A stretch of DNA of 63,711 bases, counting the filler, from Collodictyon triciliatum (taxonomy: Eukaryota): the NCBI GenBank assembly GCA_043381765.1. It is 8 parts of 8 records of this genome, joined end to end, with 100 filler letters (N's around TTAATTAATTAA, not from the genome) between each part and the next. Parts side by side here need not be neighbours in the genome. Positions count along the whole stretch, not along the records: positions 1 to 9,320 come from JBHJMP010003066.1; positions 9,421 to 15,113 come from JBHJMP010003068.1; positions 15,214 to 24,587 come from JBHJMP010003069.1; 5 more parts are not named here. One strand, written 5' to 3'. Position 1 is the first letter of the stretch, and every line of letters begins with the position of its first letter. Positions 1-19,768 of this stretch are shown here, piece after piece. Both the position numbers and the translations under genes were made by a program. The notes under the pieces are model-generated. The model was not told where the DNA came from. It made no database searches and saw only the letters and a list, made by a program, of their open reading frames with translations.

Positions 1-34
1 TATTCTCTCTGTCATCCTTTCCACTCTTTTTTCT

Positions 35-107
<73 letters not shown>

Positions 108-150
108 GTAAGCAGGTTGCTGTGAGTCAATAATCCTTCCTATTGACTAG

Positions 151-739
151 ATTATACCTCCTACTCTTGCGACTTCTGCAGTAAAAGGTATTGCCGAACG
201 CACAGGGGCCAGAGGATGCATATATGCCGAAGTGTTGGCGACTGCAGCACAGATTTTGCTTCGTCTTTGGCTGAAAGTCAGCCTAGCTTGTCGGGTGAGC
301 GTAATAGCCCGAATATAAATACAGCAGAGCACCCGAGTTCAGGCCGAAAAAAGAAACCTTTTCGAAATGCAAGTGGTAATCTGTTGAAACATAGCTGCTC
401 TCATTCGGGTTGTAAACAAAGAGAATTCGTTCAAATTATGTGCAATTCCTGCCAGAAAAACTTTTGCGCGAGGTAGTGAATTTATCGATAATGTTGAAAG
501 TGTTTGATAAAATTATGAGACTTTGTACCAAGATTTTAGGACATCGTGGTATTGCATCATTCCTCTATTATTCAAATGTCCTCCTCTTGCCATAACCTCC
601 ATCACTCACCAGGCATCGACTCCAAAGCGAGCACCAGTGTCCCTCTCTAGAGTCCGCATACAATCCGTTAGAAAGAGCATATCTATCTTCATCTGGGCCG
701 TCAACTTCTGACCTTCTTCGATTGCGCAGTAAAAAATAA
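151..739 (+). CDS. AN1-type zinc finger protein (ZFAND1/2-like), 3' part, two AN1 fingers
   Basis: Exon 151-472 reads YSCDFCSKRYCRTHRGQRMHIC ... CSHSGCKQREFVQIMCNSCQKNFCA. A GT-AG intron to 613 continues RHRLQSEHQC...KK, stop 737-739. 5' exons lie upstream of the poly-T. Confidence 0.8.
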
Positions 740-1652
740 CTGCATTATCTGTTCCTTTGGAAAAAAACATTAAAATTAAAGTCAGACTTTCACCACCTTT
801 GAAGGATAATTGTGTATAGACAAAGATAAAAATACTGCCACAAAAGCAGACATCTTTTTGCATCCTCATGTCTACTTTATATAATATGGCATTATATTTG
901 GAATAAAATTTACCTTTTGAAAGATACATAACCCAGGATGGGACTGTCAAATCGTAATGAATATATTTTCCGCAAATGTATTATTCCGTTTTCCCTTTTT
1001 TGGGTTCATCACATCAGTCAAACTTCATCAGAATCAGCTCATCTCCTCTCGCTGTTCGCACGCACTTTGTTTCTGAGCAGTTGGGTCATACTTTTTGTTC
1101 AGATCAGTTCCCACTCTCTCATCCCAGCCATCGTGTAACTTTTCTCATGATCTTTTATCCAACTGACAAAACATGAACCAAAAGAAAGTTTAGGAAAAAA
1201 AAAAAAGTAGATCGTCAGTCCATTTAAACCATACTTCGACTGCGCTTCTCTTTTTTTTTTTATCCTTCTTTTAGGAAACAAGCTAAATCGAAGCGTCGTC
1301 TCCTTTGTTGTTTGCCATATAACCAACAAGCTTGGGAGCCTTTTCAGCAGAATCCACTTCCCAAAAAAAAAAAGGAAAAAGAAAAAGAAAAGGACAAACA
1401 CAAACTCTGTCTCAGCCTCGCAGCCCTACTTCCCGATCAACCCTCGCTTTGATATTCCAATCAAAGACAGTATCTTCCGCTGCGCAAACATACGCACATA
1501 CACCAACGGCAAAGTCACCAAAACATTCTACTTGACCGCATCCATGAGATTCCCGTTTTTTCTCGGCTTTTGCTGACTGGATTCATCCTCCACCAGCGAA
1601 CATCACAAACTCATCCTCTGATATTCCACACCATTCCCAAGTTAATCCTCCG

Positions 1653-4058
<2,406 letters not shown>

Positions 4059-4163
4059 GGTAATAACTCTTTCTTGGAATTGAGAGCAACTATGCCTCAA
4101 CTATTCGTCACAATAATTCATCTACTGTCTTTGTTTCGATCTAACATGAATATAGAGCAAAAG

Positions 4164-4521
4164 NNNNNNNNNNNNNNNNNNNNNNNNNNNNNNNNNNNNN
4201 NNNNNNNNNNNNNNNNNNNNNNNNNNNNNNNNNNNNNNNNNNNNNNNNNNNNNNNNNNNNNNNNNNNNNNNNNNNNNNNNNNNNNNNNNNNNNNNNNNNN
4301 NNNNNNNNNNNNNNNNNNNNNNNNNNNNNNNNNNNNNNNNNNNNNNNNNNNNNNNNNNNNNNNNNNNNNNNNNNNNNNNNNNNNNNNNNNNNNNNNNNNN
4401 NNNNNNNNNNNNNNNNNNNNNNNNNNNNNNNNNNNNNNNNNNNNNNNNNNNNNNNNNNNNNNNNNNNNNNNNNNNNNNNNNNNNNNNNNNNNNNNNNNNN
4501 NNNNNNNNNNNNNNNNNNNNN
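4164..4521. other. Scaffold gap (N run without linker)
   Basis: About 358 N with no TTAATTAATTAA spacer. Confidence 0.95.
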
Positions 4522-4697
4522 TTATTATTGTTATTATTGTTATTATTGTTATTATTGTTATTATTATTTGTTGGATGATATTTTCATTTGTATTTTCCTC
4601 TTCAATTCAAAACTAGTTAACTCCGACCAAATGAAACCTATATAAAAAAACAATCATCACACCTAACGTCACATTTGCACACCAATGATGAGCAACA

Positions 4698-9320
<4,623 letters not shown>

Positions 9321-9420
9321 NNNNNNNNNNNNNNNNNNNNNNNNNNNNNNNNNNNNNNNNNNNNTTAATTAATTAANNNNNNNNNNNNNNNNNNNNNNNN
9401 NNNNNNNNNNNNNNNNNNNN
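9321..9420. other. Artificial contig spacer N44-TTAATTAATTAA-N44
   Basis: An identical 100-nt construct with stops in all six frames recurs seven times in the window. Confidence 0.97.
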
Positions 9421-9489
9421 TTTTTTTGTTTTATTTATTATTTTTTTTTTTTTTTATTTAATAAATTTTTTTTTTTTTTTTTTTTTTAG

Positions 9490-12400
9490 CAATCACAAAT
9501 ACATCAGTAGACACAATGGAGCGTGTTAAAATAGACCTTGAAGACATGCGCCTGGCACTTTGTTATAGCCGAAGCCTTCCTGACAACAAACGACAGCAAT
9601 TCTTTGAGGAATTTGCACAATATTTCAACTTCTCAAACAAGGTATACCAATACTCCTCGGTCATCAATTACATGGCTCATTCTTTTTCTAATGAATTCTT
9701 TAAATTAGTCTTTAAAAAGAATCTACGTTTTTAATTCTTCATCAATAGTCGTGTTTATTTTTTTGTTTTAATTATTTTTTTTAAAGACTCTATCCGAAGA
9801 GCCAAAAAACCAAGCTCATTTTTCTAATTTATTAAACACTTTTAGTCAAATGAAGACGAATCCGATATTCCAACAGGAGGCTCAACTCATGAGGTCAATC
9901 GACTTAAATTGCAAATGGATGACTCTTCATCAGTTGCTGCAGCGTCTGTGAGCATCATGGAAGGTATTTCTGGTCTAGTCTCTTTCATTCAAATATTTAA
10001 CAAATACAATCTGGTGAACTATAACCATAATTTTCTTAATTTTTTTTGATTTACCAGAATCAGCGAGTGTGCAAGAAAGCACGGATTACTCGACAACCAC
10101 TATTCCCAGCGCTATGGACGTAAAGAAGGTATGTTTAGGGTTGGTTATGTTCATATATAAGTTTTGGCGTGTGATTGTAAGTCATAATCATTTTTTTCTT
10201 ATTAACTATATGCTTTCTAAGATGATTGAGGGAAATGCTTCGGATGAACAAAGACTACTCGCTGTAATCGAGAATCTCAAGAGGTTCCTTATTTCCCAAT
10301 GATGATAGTATAGATTGCAGATTTTTTTACATCATTTTTTTTTTTTTTTTTGTGATGTGAAAAGTGAGGGGTGAACTATTTTTTTCTATTATCTCAGAAT
10401 TGAAACCGGGCAGCTCAGAAAGTTGGCCGAAAAACTTCTTATCGAATGCCGTTCTCCTCAAAAGTAACTCATTACTTGCATATTCCATGTTCAAATTACT
10501 GTAGAAATGTTAGAAGATGTATTGTCCTTCGCTCATAAGCTTTGCACCGTAATTCCTCAAGCTACTCGCTTTGTGAGAAACATTGAGAACACCTTTATTA
10601 TATAACAGACCGCCTCTTGCTTATTCGTCACACATACGTGGCAGCCCTCAAAACTCGGCCTCTGAATCTTCAGCACCGAGAAAGTATATTATTTTACATT
10701 TTCATACAGAAATGTCATTGAGTTTACCTCATTTGTTGTAAATAATACCCTTACAACCCGTTTTTGATTCATTTATAGGGCAAGCACAGTTTTCGCAATC
10801 ATGTTTTATGTTGTAATGAATCCCTACTTACGCCTCATGTGTTCGTTTAATAATCTAGATTGCCTCCAAGAATTGTGTCTGAAAACTTTTTTGTCAAAAA
10901 TTTAGAGTTGAGTTCTCCAAATACAATTAAGGTAGAAACAACTGTTCATGAAGCTCATATATTTTTTTAAATATATTCTATTCGATCTTTACATACCGTG
11001 CCGCTGCATTTTGTACGAGAGCAATTTTAAATCACCCATTCCTGATTTTTGTAAAGTACCTTTTTTTTTTCTTTAATTTCATATCTTATTATTGCTGCCA
11101 ACATCTCTAATCTTGCACAAAATTGAAAGGAGGATTAAAAAAATTTCATTATTGGTGAAAAAAATACAACTTAATGTGCTCAAAATTGATATAACTCAGA
11201 CGCCTATCAACAAATCCCATTCAACTCTCTCTGAAGAGTCGAGTTCACGGAAGAGCACTGACGACCATGATACTATTGTTCTTGACGTTTTTGATACAAA
11301 TGAGAGTTATGAAGCAGAGTCTGTCGATGAGTCCCAAAGGCGCATGCTTAAGGAGGCTGGTAGTGGTCCTGTCTACCACATTTTGATTGAATACATTATT
11401 ACCCCCATCGAAGGATTTCAATAATTATTTCCCCATTATAGCAAAACAATATGATTATTCGGAAACTGCAGACACGCTGAGCACAAAATCGTCTATAATA
11501 CCCGATGGATTGCCAGACGCTGTAAGTTTTAGTTTAGCTCCACTTATTCCGAGACAGTTTACTCTCATTCTACATGCAATACTGTCTGTTAAAATCATTT
11601 TGGTATCGATGAACAATCAATTAGATTTCCGAAAACTCATTTTCCATGACGTCTGTCGAGTTACCAACGCCGACTACTGATGCATTCGAAGATGTATCTA
11701 TTTTATTTTTAATGTATAAAAGCATCACATTTATACTTGAGGCTTGTTGCTTAAAGTGTAATTTTTTTTTTTAAAAAACACATGATTTAATCAGGAATAT
11801 AGTAAGGAGATAGAAGAAAATGAGGTTCCTCTCTTTAAGCAATTATTTCAATTCGAAGCACATCATTTCCTTCAAGCTAAATTGATATGTCTGCATCATT
11901 GAATCTCTTGATTGAATATCCAGGTCATCATTCAAAAAGTAAAAAAGGCCATCGACTTTATGGTTGACAAGGTGAGATTCAACATAACTTTCTATTTTTT
12001 TTTAACAAAGCCAGTTTACGCTTCTTCTAATACCTGTACAGAATATACACACATTCTCAAAGGACACTTTGTTGAGACTCTATCAGATGGTGTCTGGTTT
12101 GACTTCCTTCCCATTACCAATAATAACACGAATCTCTGTATGACTTTGTTCACTCAATCCTTCATGAAGTTGCTACTCTAACATGTTGATATATCACTCT
12201 AGAGGAGATATCAAAGAGGATTATAGCCAGCCCCGCGTCAGACTATGATTTAGACTCATTATTGAAACTGCTTTTCTTGAAATATACTAATCGTTCAATC
12301 AAACAAGTAAATTTTGAAACAATGTTCAATAATTTCCTTCTTATATTCTTGAATACCATATGAAATCATCTCAGCAAACGAATAAGCTAGTTTCTATACA

Positions 12401-14371
12401 AACATCTTTTATGTAGGTCAGGGCTGAATTAACTCAGAAAGTGTTTGATTTGCTATATGACGAAATGATATACAGCAAGGTTACTCAACAAGTAGACAAA
12501 AGCTACCAGAAAGAAATCCAGGGTAAATGATTGTTAACACGATTTTTCATCTGATTATTTACCTTTTTTTTTTTTTTTTTTTTTTTTTTTTCCATGGTCT
12601 TTTCCACAATGGATTTTGGTCCTAGATGCGAAGGTGGTTTCCTCGGCTTCGTTTTCTCTCAATCAACTGTTGAAATAAAAAAAAATACAGCCTTTTCTTT
12701 AAAAGCATCTTGGAGCACCTCATAATGTCTCATTTATCCTTCCGCCTACAGAGCTCTATTCTACACAGATTGAGCTCGCCAGCGAGGTTACATCCCTTGT
12801 GAAGCAAAAGGAAAAGGACTTAAAAAGACTTCATGTATTCAGCTATTTTTTTTTCTTCCCTGAGAAATATGAATCGCCAAAACACACCATATGTCTACTT
12901 TTTACAACTCATATGAAAGTCTACGATGGACCTGGCATACTATTTTATTTTTATTTATTAAAAAAAATTGTTTTTCCCTTTCCAAACATATCCATAAAGT
13001 CGGAGAGGAAAAAGCGTCTACGAGAGATTGATGAGCCAGATTCACCAGGAGCAACAGTTATTATGCCTTCATTCGCTTCTCATGTCCTCATTTAAGACCC
13101 TTTTTTTTTTTTTATCACATTGTTCTCAAAATTCCATTCAACTCTTACCATTCAAGGGGATGATAAATCGGTTTCGCGAAGCTCTTTTGAAATCGTCGTA
13201 TGTTTCCCTTTGATTTATAACCTATTCACATGCGAAAATCGAATAATATGGCCCAATTTTTTTTTAATTTTTCGTTTGCATGAAACCCAAAAAAGTGATG
13301 ATATTAGCGGATACACAACAGATGAGTCGAATAATCTTTCAGGTTGTCTGCATTTTTATGACACAACGTTTCGTCAATTCATTTTTTCATCCTCTGTCCC
13401 AATAAAAAGTGTTCAACAGCATGCCTATCTTAAACACGTGTTCTACTGTCGATACATATAATCAGAAATGATCTCATGATTACATATTTCTTTTCTTTGT
13501 TGTTGTTATTTTATCTGTCTGCATCATCAATTTTCTATTGAATTCAATTTTTTTTCTTCGTATCTACCGGGTTAGTCACAGAAGATGAAGGAGAAGATGA
13601 AGGAGAAGATGAAGGAGAAGATGAAGGAGAAGATGAAGGAGAGGATATTAAAATTGATGATTTGCCTAACCAGCCACTGTTAGGACTTCAGCAGCTACAC
13701 AAATTTAAGGTGGGTATCTCTTTACAAGAACTAATCCCGACAGTTACCATAAGTTCATAATCTACTATAGGACCAGCTCAGAAAAGAAAAGGAAAAGGAG
13801 GAATCCGATTTCATCGGCTCGTTGCCCAGGCCAAAAGAGGGTGACGGATTGGTTGGAGATGATGCAGACATTTTAGATCCCCATCAATATGAGACCCACG
13901 TATCAATCACAGATTAAGATATTTCAAAACCCACTTTGTGCTTCTTTTGATCGAAAAATATTGTCATTTTTCATGTAAAAAATTTAAAGCATCACCCTTT
14001 CTAGAGCAACAAGACTGAGTCATGGGATGTTGTAAATCGGTCTCTTCTTATTTCTCTTCTCGGCCAATTTCAAGCCGGAAACATAAATGGTGCGTTAATC
14101 TCGACGACTTTTTTTCATATGGCAACAAATGCATCTATTGATTCAATTTTGTCAAAAACTGATACTCTGGTTACCCACTTGAGTAGCATATTCACCTATT
14201 CACCTCTATTTTTCTATTTATATTTTTTTTTTATCTTTACCATCAACAAAACCCGTTGGTAGTATTATGCTTGTGCTTAAACGTTGACTGGTGACAAATG
14301 ACATAGAATCTGATGGCGATTCGGAAGTCAAGGAAGATGAAGAGGGTTCGGCAAGTGCTAGTATCGAATAG
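9490..14371 (+). CDS. Multi-exon hypothetical protein, 3' part (helical/coiled-coil with acidic tail); possibly the continuation of the Sec7 gene
   Basis: A chain of short GT-AG flanked exons (e.g. MERVKIDLEDMRLALCYS, VIIQKVKKAIDFMVDK, EDEG repeats, final exon ESDGDSEVKEDEEGSASASIE*, stop 14369-14371). No recognised domain. Confidence 0.6.
11096..11143 (+). mobile_element. Tiny intronic 3'-end relic of L1/Tx1-like family 1
   Basis: gccaacatctctaatcttgcacaaaattgaaaggaggattaaaaaaa resembles the reverse complement of 16849-16898 and 23919-23965. Confidence 0.6.
13581..13643 (+). repeat. Coding 12-nt tandem repeat (GAAGATGAAGGA)x5 encoding (EDEG)n
   Basis: Seen directly in an exon. Confidence 0.9.
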
Positions 14372-14621
14372 GCCGACTTCTGGACTGAATCTGTGTGATT
14401 CTTGGTGGCTGTTGATTTCCGCTTTCAATGTCCTGAAGTATCTGCGGCGGATATATCACAGTTTGGACCAAAGAGCAGATGAAATCGGGACACAGCGAAT
14501 GGAAAAATAATAAAATAAAAAATTTGACTCAATTCATGAAATATGTGATTTTTGTATCGCAATCGAATCGTCAGACTTTTATATATCTCGGAACTCTATT
14601 AAGATGTTCAGGTGATGTATA

Positions 14622-15113
14622 TTGCCCTTATTCGATTCAAAGTGCAGCAAGGTTATGCCATACAAGAGACAAGATGGGAGCGCATGGGAGAGAGCAAAGG
14701 CGGGTAGGGGAAGACACTACCGCGGAGAGGGTAGCACTGGAAAGAAATCGATGATAGCGAGCTGGTCAGGTGGGCGTCCCAACTGGTTGATTGGCTGCGT
14801 GGGTAGCAGGGGTTGGATATGTTGTGGGAGATATCGCACGATACATTCCCACATCTCTCTTCGCTTGCGGTCAGAGTAGCGAAGAATGCGGGCATGTTTC
14901 AGCAGACTGTTCAGGAAGCTGTATTGCACGAGGCTCTCAAGCCTGGCTACATTGATTTCTCGTTCGGGTGAATCATTAAAGCGAGAGAATGCACGCACAC
15001 TCCATAAGGACCACAGCATATGTCCCCTTGTGACTGTCCAGAGTATTCTAGAGTCGTGGGTCATTTGGTATTGTGGGCCAAACAGGATGTCTGACGCGCT
15101 GAGACGACTGGGA
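14622..15113 (-). mobile_element. L1/Tx1-like non-LTR retrotransposon, ORF2 C-terminus and 3' UTR (family 2), cut by contig end
   Basis: ORF 14717-15064 (RGHMLWSLWSVRAFSRF...QYSFLNSLLKH...YSDRKRREMWE) is homologous to the ORF2 tail at 24141-24579. The 3' end CTTTGAATCGAATAAGGG is shared with 39883-40097. Confidence 0.75.
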
Positions 15114-15213
15114 NNNNNNNNNNNNNNNNNNNNNNNNNNNNNNNNNNNNNNNNNNNNTTAATTAATTAANNNNNNNNNNNNNNNNNNNNNNNNNNNNNNN
15201 NNNNNNNNNNNNN
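15114..15213. other. Artificial contig spacer
   Basis: N44-TTAATTAATTAA-N44. Confidence 0.97.
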
Positions 15214-15377
15214 GGCCTGTGCAGTTTGTCACTCCGATTGGAATGTTATTCGTTAAAATGGATGGCTAGATGACTGAAAATGTACCCTTGGATATTTGGA
15301 CTGTCAAAACGTAGGGTTTTCTGCCCGTAGTATTTTAAAATCCCCTAGTTGGTGTTGTTCCTTTGTTCGAGTCAAAG

Positions 15378-16560
15378 TCAAATTTCATTCGGGTGAGTAG
15401 CACAAGGGTCAAAAAGTGCGCATGGTAGAGAGCGAACGCGAGGATGATACATTACTGTGAAGGAGCCAGAACAGGAAATTAACAGAGATAACGATTGCTT
15501 CAGGTGGGAGCCTAACTGGTTGATTAACTCCGTGGGTAGGGGAGGTTGAGCAGGTTGTGGGAGATACAGCACGACACACTCCCACATCGCGCTTCGCTTG
15601 AAGTCCGATTACCGAGGAACGACCGGTTGTTTTAGCTGAATTTTTCTGATATAGATTGATAACTAGCCCATAATTGCATCTTTATGGATACAGATTTCGA
15701 GGAGTGTTTCAGAATACATGATCATATAACAGACATCACTTGCTTTCGGTTTACATCCCTCCCAAATGTTTGCCTCAAAATACATCGCGCTTTACCACGT
15801 CCAAGATAAATTGCCATCCGTTTAATATTGAATTATAGGATAGTATATAAAAAATACATTCACATGTACAAAGAAAATTGCATTCTCACTCTTCAGATTT
15901 GGCTTGTGTGCACGAAATAGAAGGTTTTCCAACTGCAAAAGGCGGAAAAAAAATATCACTAGTTGATTTAATTTTTTGAAGTTGAGTTGGGCCTTCAGAA
16001 TAAGGTGCCGAAGAAAATTCCTATGTTACAAATATCTCCATATATCGGTCTTCCTCCTTACACGACCAATTTTAATCAAATTATAAAATAAGCAAAAAAA
16101 AAAAATACAGGGGTTTTACGATGCTGAATAAAAGATCGCCCAAATTCTTGGCGCATGATTTTAAGGAGTCTGAGTGAACGATTCCTGCAGTTTAAGTGGG
16201 TAGAGTTTATTCTAAAACCTGCTCCGCAATTGAAGCTAGAATAGGCTGTCCTCACAAGGCGCAGATATCTCGCCCTATTGTTGCAAAATAAATGAAGCAG
16301 CAGACTTGTTCTTTAAAAATTTGGAGTCCAGCCTATGCGTATAATAAGAAATCGAAGAGTAGGCAGACAACTATCTCCATGCAGGGCTTAACTTAATCAT
16401 ACCATCATCTCAGACTCCTATTTACCATGGGTACACAGAGTCCAGTGAATATTTGCAGAATATGCTTTTAGTCATATTGTACATGTGCGGTGATTGTACG
16501 AAGTCAATATGCAGCGGCGCAATCAATTCAGAGACACAAAATAAGTATGGGTGATGCTAT
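15378..16560 (-). mobile_element. Degenerate L1-like element (family 2 relative): 3' end plus decayed RT remnants
   Basis: 15378-15600 encodes MWECVVLYLPQPAQPPLPTELINQLG, like 14717-14850. Upstream minus-strand remnants such as SFNCGAGFRINST resemble the RT motif 'F..aSGL.IN'. Many stops and frameshifts. Confidence 0.5.
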
Positions 16561-16624
16561 CTTTCAGTATGTTTTATGCTTCAATTCCTATTTTAGCAAA
16601 AAATAATAATTCTTTTTAGAAATA

Positions 16625-16665
16625 CCCTCGGTCCTGCACAAAAGTTGAAAGGAAGAATAAAAAAA
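16625..16665 (+). mobile_element. 41-bp 5'-truncated L1-like insertion (family 1 3' tip plus A-tail) with 17-bp TSD
   Basis: AATTCTTTTTAGAAATA is repeated at 16608-16624 and 16666-16682. The insert matches the reverse complement of 16849-16889. Confidence 0.88.
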
Positions 16666-16848
16666 AATTCTTTTTAGAAATAAAAAATTCTTATTTGGGA
16701 TAATATACACGGATGGACCACTTTGTATGTTGAGATTGGCAGGCTAATTTTTGTCTACTGAAAGCTATTGCAATTCCATCTCTTACCCACCCAACTATTA
16801 CTTGTTAACTCTAGGCTATTAAGCTGAAAAAGAAATCGAAAATGCACA

Positions 16849-18300
16849 TTTTTTTTATTCTTCCTTTCAACTTTGTGCAGGACCGTGGGGATGTTGGCTT
16901 TGGTTCGCTAGCCATCGTTTTTATGGGCGCTGCTTGTCGGCCGGGTGGCGGAGATGAAGTCGGTAATCAGGAATTGCATCCTGCGGTTTGGCCTGTAGCC
17001 TGGTCTTGTGCTTGCATGAGGGATACAAGGTGAGGTTTAATCTCTTTCTTAACTTCTTTCCACATATCTCTTCTCACGGCGTCTGATTAGTAGAGAACGT
17101 GCAGGTGGCGAAGAAAGCTATTGAGGAAAGAGATTTGTACGATGTCATCCAGTCTGTTATCAGGAATGGATGGCTGGTTGTTGAGTCTTGCTTTGCGTGA
17201 GTATATGCGAGCTATCCACATAGCCTTATCAAATGGCCTCGCGTCACTGCCCAGATTTTTTTTTGCATCTGGACGCAGCTGTTGCAGAGGCCCAAATATC
17301 GCCTGGATTGGGCCAATAGTTGCAGTCATCTTGAGTGTCAGTCTAAGAATCTCACCGCCCGTTTCGTGCTGATGCTTCCTATGTTAACCACATTCACGTC
17401 AGTCTGAATGGGTAGTTTAAGTGGGTATTTCTTTCGGGGTTTGGAGATGCGCTGCTCTTGGGTCTTGCGATGTGCGGGCTTGTCCGGTGTTGGAGGTGGA
17501 GGGCTCGAGTGCGAGGATTCTGAAGAGGAACCGAGATTTCCTTCCATGTCGTCGTCGCTGTCGCTGTATGCGCGTATCTGCTGTGAGTCTTGTGGGCTCA
17601 GTTGTTGCCTGGCCTTGGCTTCCTTGACCCCGTTGCTGCTTGTCTGCTTGGCAGGTGTATTCTTTTGCGGGGCTTTTACTTGTCGTTCGTTGTTCGCGGC
17701 TGGCGGACGCTCTTTGAGGATGCGCTTTGGACACTTTTTACCCATGACTGTAAACTTTGCAGGGAGCTGGTTCTTGTGACAAAGAAGCTTCACCACCGCC
17801 GTGTCTGTGAAGAAGCCTTTGTCCTTTTTGATCTCCACGTGGGTCGGTCTGAACGGCTTCAGCTCCTCACGAAGGAGTTGCGGCCACACGTCCAGCGGTA
17901 GTTGGTAGACATCACCGAGGTCTCTGTTGGTTTACTTCTAGCGAAGCTGATCGTAATATCGCTCAAACTTACCTGCTTCAGCTCCAGAAGCTTTCGGGCG
18001 TTTTCTGCAGTGCGGAAGGCAATCAAGCAAAGGCCTTCGCTGTCCGGTAAGCGCAATTGGGTGGACTCTTCTCAAAGTTTGTTCGCTTTCAAGAAGCGAG
18101 CACATCTGTGAGTCTGCGGCCTTGTTCTTGTTGTAAACGACTTACTCGACCCCGTGCAAAAATACTGTCCGCTCAGACAGACTTGCAGATGGCTTCCTTG
18201 CACGGGTCTTTCTAGACTTGCGCGCAACCCAGACCTTTTACACTCGTCGCGGTTGGCAATCAAGAAGCAGAGCTACAGGTTGCGAAGCTATTTTATATTC
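16849..18300 (-). mobile_element. Internally deleted L1/Tx1-like element (ORF1 joined to ORF2 C-terminus and 3' UTR), frameshifted
   Basis: ORF1-like RRM region (LIAFRTAENARKLL ... LPLDVWPQLLREELKPF ... LPAKFTVMG) and a S/P-rich tail. At about 17370 it switches to sequence matching the ORF2 tail at 23915-24430, and it ends in an A-tail at 16849. Confidence 0.8.
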
Positions 18301-18598
18301 CGCGATCGCTACTGATTTCCTGGGTTGGACTTTTTTTTCAGAATTGGGGCATATTGATATTGAATTTTTAAACACATTTTAAAATTATTAGCTTAAATTT
18401 TTCTATGGAATATCATGATATGTTGAAATGGTAAAAGAGTCGTTCTTAATGTCTGTAATAATTTCTTGGACATCGAAACACTGTACTATTTATTCTTTTA
18501 TCACTTCTTCCTTCGAAATATTTTATTTTTGGTGATTAAAGCTAATAGTTTGTGTATTGTATGAGCCTGGGCAGCAACAATTACTATAAAACGATTAA

Positions 18599-19768
18599 TC
18601 AAGCGGAACAAAACTCATGGACTTTGCGAGGTTGCCCATTCACCCAGAACATCTCAACATCAGAAGTAATTATTGGGGTTTTCGTAAGCATGGTGTCCCC
18701 AACATATTTTTTTATCAAGTGTTCTTTTGACGGACCTCCAGGAAAATGGACTAACATGGGCCTGGTCTGTGTCGGTCGATATTCTAAGTATTCAACATGG
18801 GTCCTTACCCATGGACAATGCCTCTTACAATATTTTTCTATATGACCCATTACCAACGTGAATTGAACACAGTGATCGAGATAAAATTTAGTTGATGCTT
18901 GAAGGTATGCTTCATGGAAATACATTTGGTCGTCTGTTCCGTTCAATTTTAGTTTTTTTATCTTATTGCATATTGGACCAAGAAAATCCTTTAATGCTCC
19001 AGCATAACCGATGTATGATCCAGAATTCACATAACGTGGCCTACGTTAAGAATATATTAATCAGTTTAATTTAAGTATTATTGTCCCTCAATTGTTCGAG
19101 GGTTTTTTACTGGTTAAGAGAATGAGTCTTCCTCTTCAATAAATACCATCTATGCCATGCAATTGAATTTCTGGTGTTTAATAATAGTTAAATTAAAAAT
19201 ACCCTTCTGTAAAGCATTTGTTCTGGGAATTTATTTTGTCATAGGCACGAAAGCAATTAATTTTTCGAATTTTTCCATCAGAATCATATTGGGAATTAAT
19301 TTCTTTTGGATAACAATTATGTTCAACGGACAGTAGGATGTTTGTTTTCTTTTCCTTAAAAAGTTTAATCATCAATTCAAATTCGTTGTTAAAAATGACG
19401 TCGAGGCAATCAGCAAAAACGATAATCGTATCATTCGAGTATCTCTGAATTGCTTCGTTCATGATAAATAATTTATCCCTGTAATATACTCTGCTTGCTC
19501 CAAATTTCAATACGTGCAAAAGTGCCCCATATGACTGAGAAGACTTGATGAAATCGCAAAAGTGGTAGCGGTTGGTGTTACAAACAGATAGAACAACAGC
19601 GTTGTATTTTTGAACAGCTTTGTCATATGCGATGGTGTAATTTTCAGATATGTCTAACGGAGGGTCAAAAAATTCTTCAACAGTGTTCTCACTTCTTTCA
19701 GGCCACATTGAGAGTATCAGTGCAGCTATTGAAATTAAAAAAATGCAGAAAAGCTTCCTAGACTCCAT
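18599..19768 (-). CDS. Stand-alone PLOD-type (lysyl hydroxylase N-terminal) glycosyltransferase domain protein, type II membrane; copy 1
   Basis: Two exons with an N-terminal hydrophobic anchor. Motifs VLSVCNTN..FCDFIKSS, IVFADCLDVIF (DxD-like), SVEHNCYP, PRYVNSGSYIGYA, DDQMYF, LDH and PMLVHFPG parallel the PLOD GT motifs. Confidence 0.72.

Noticed and set aside
16625-16889. MITE defined by terminal inverted repeats
   Set aside because: The left arm has its own 17-bp TSD and the right arm is the 3' end of a longer L1-like copy, so these are two retro-insertions.
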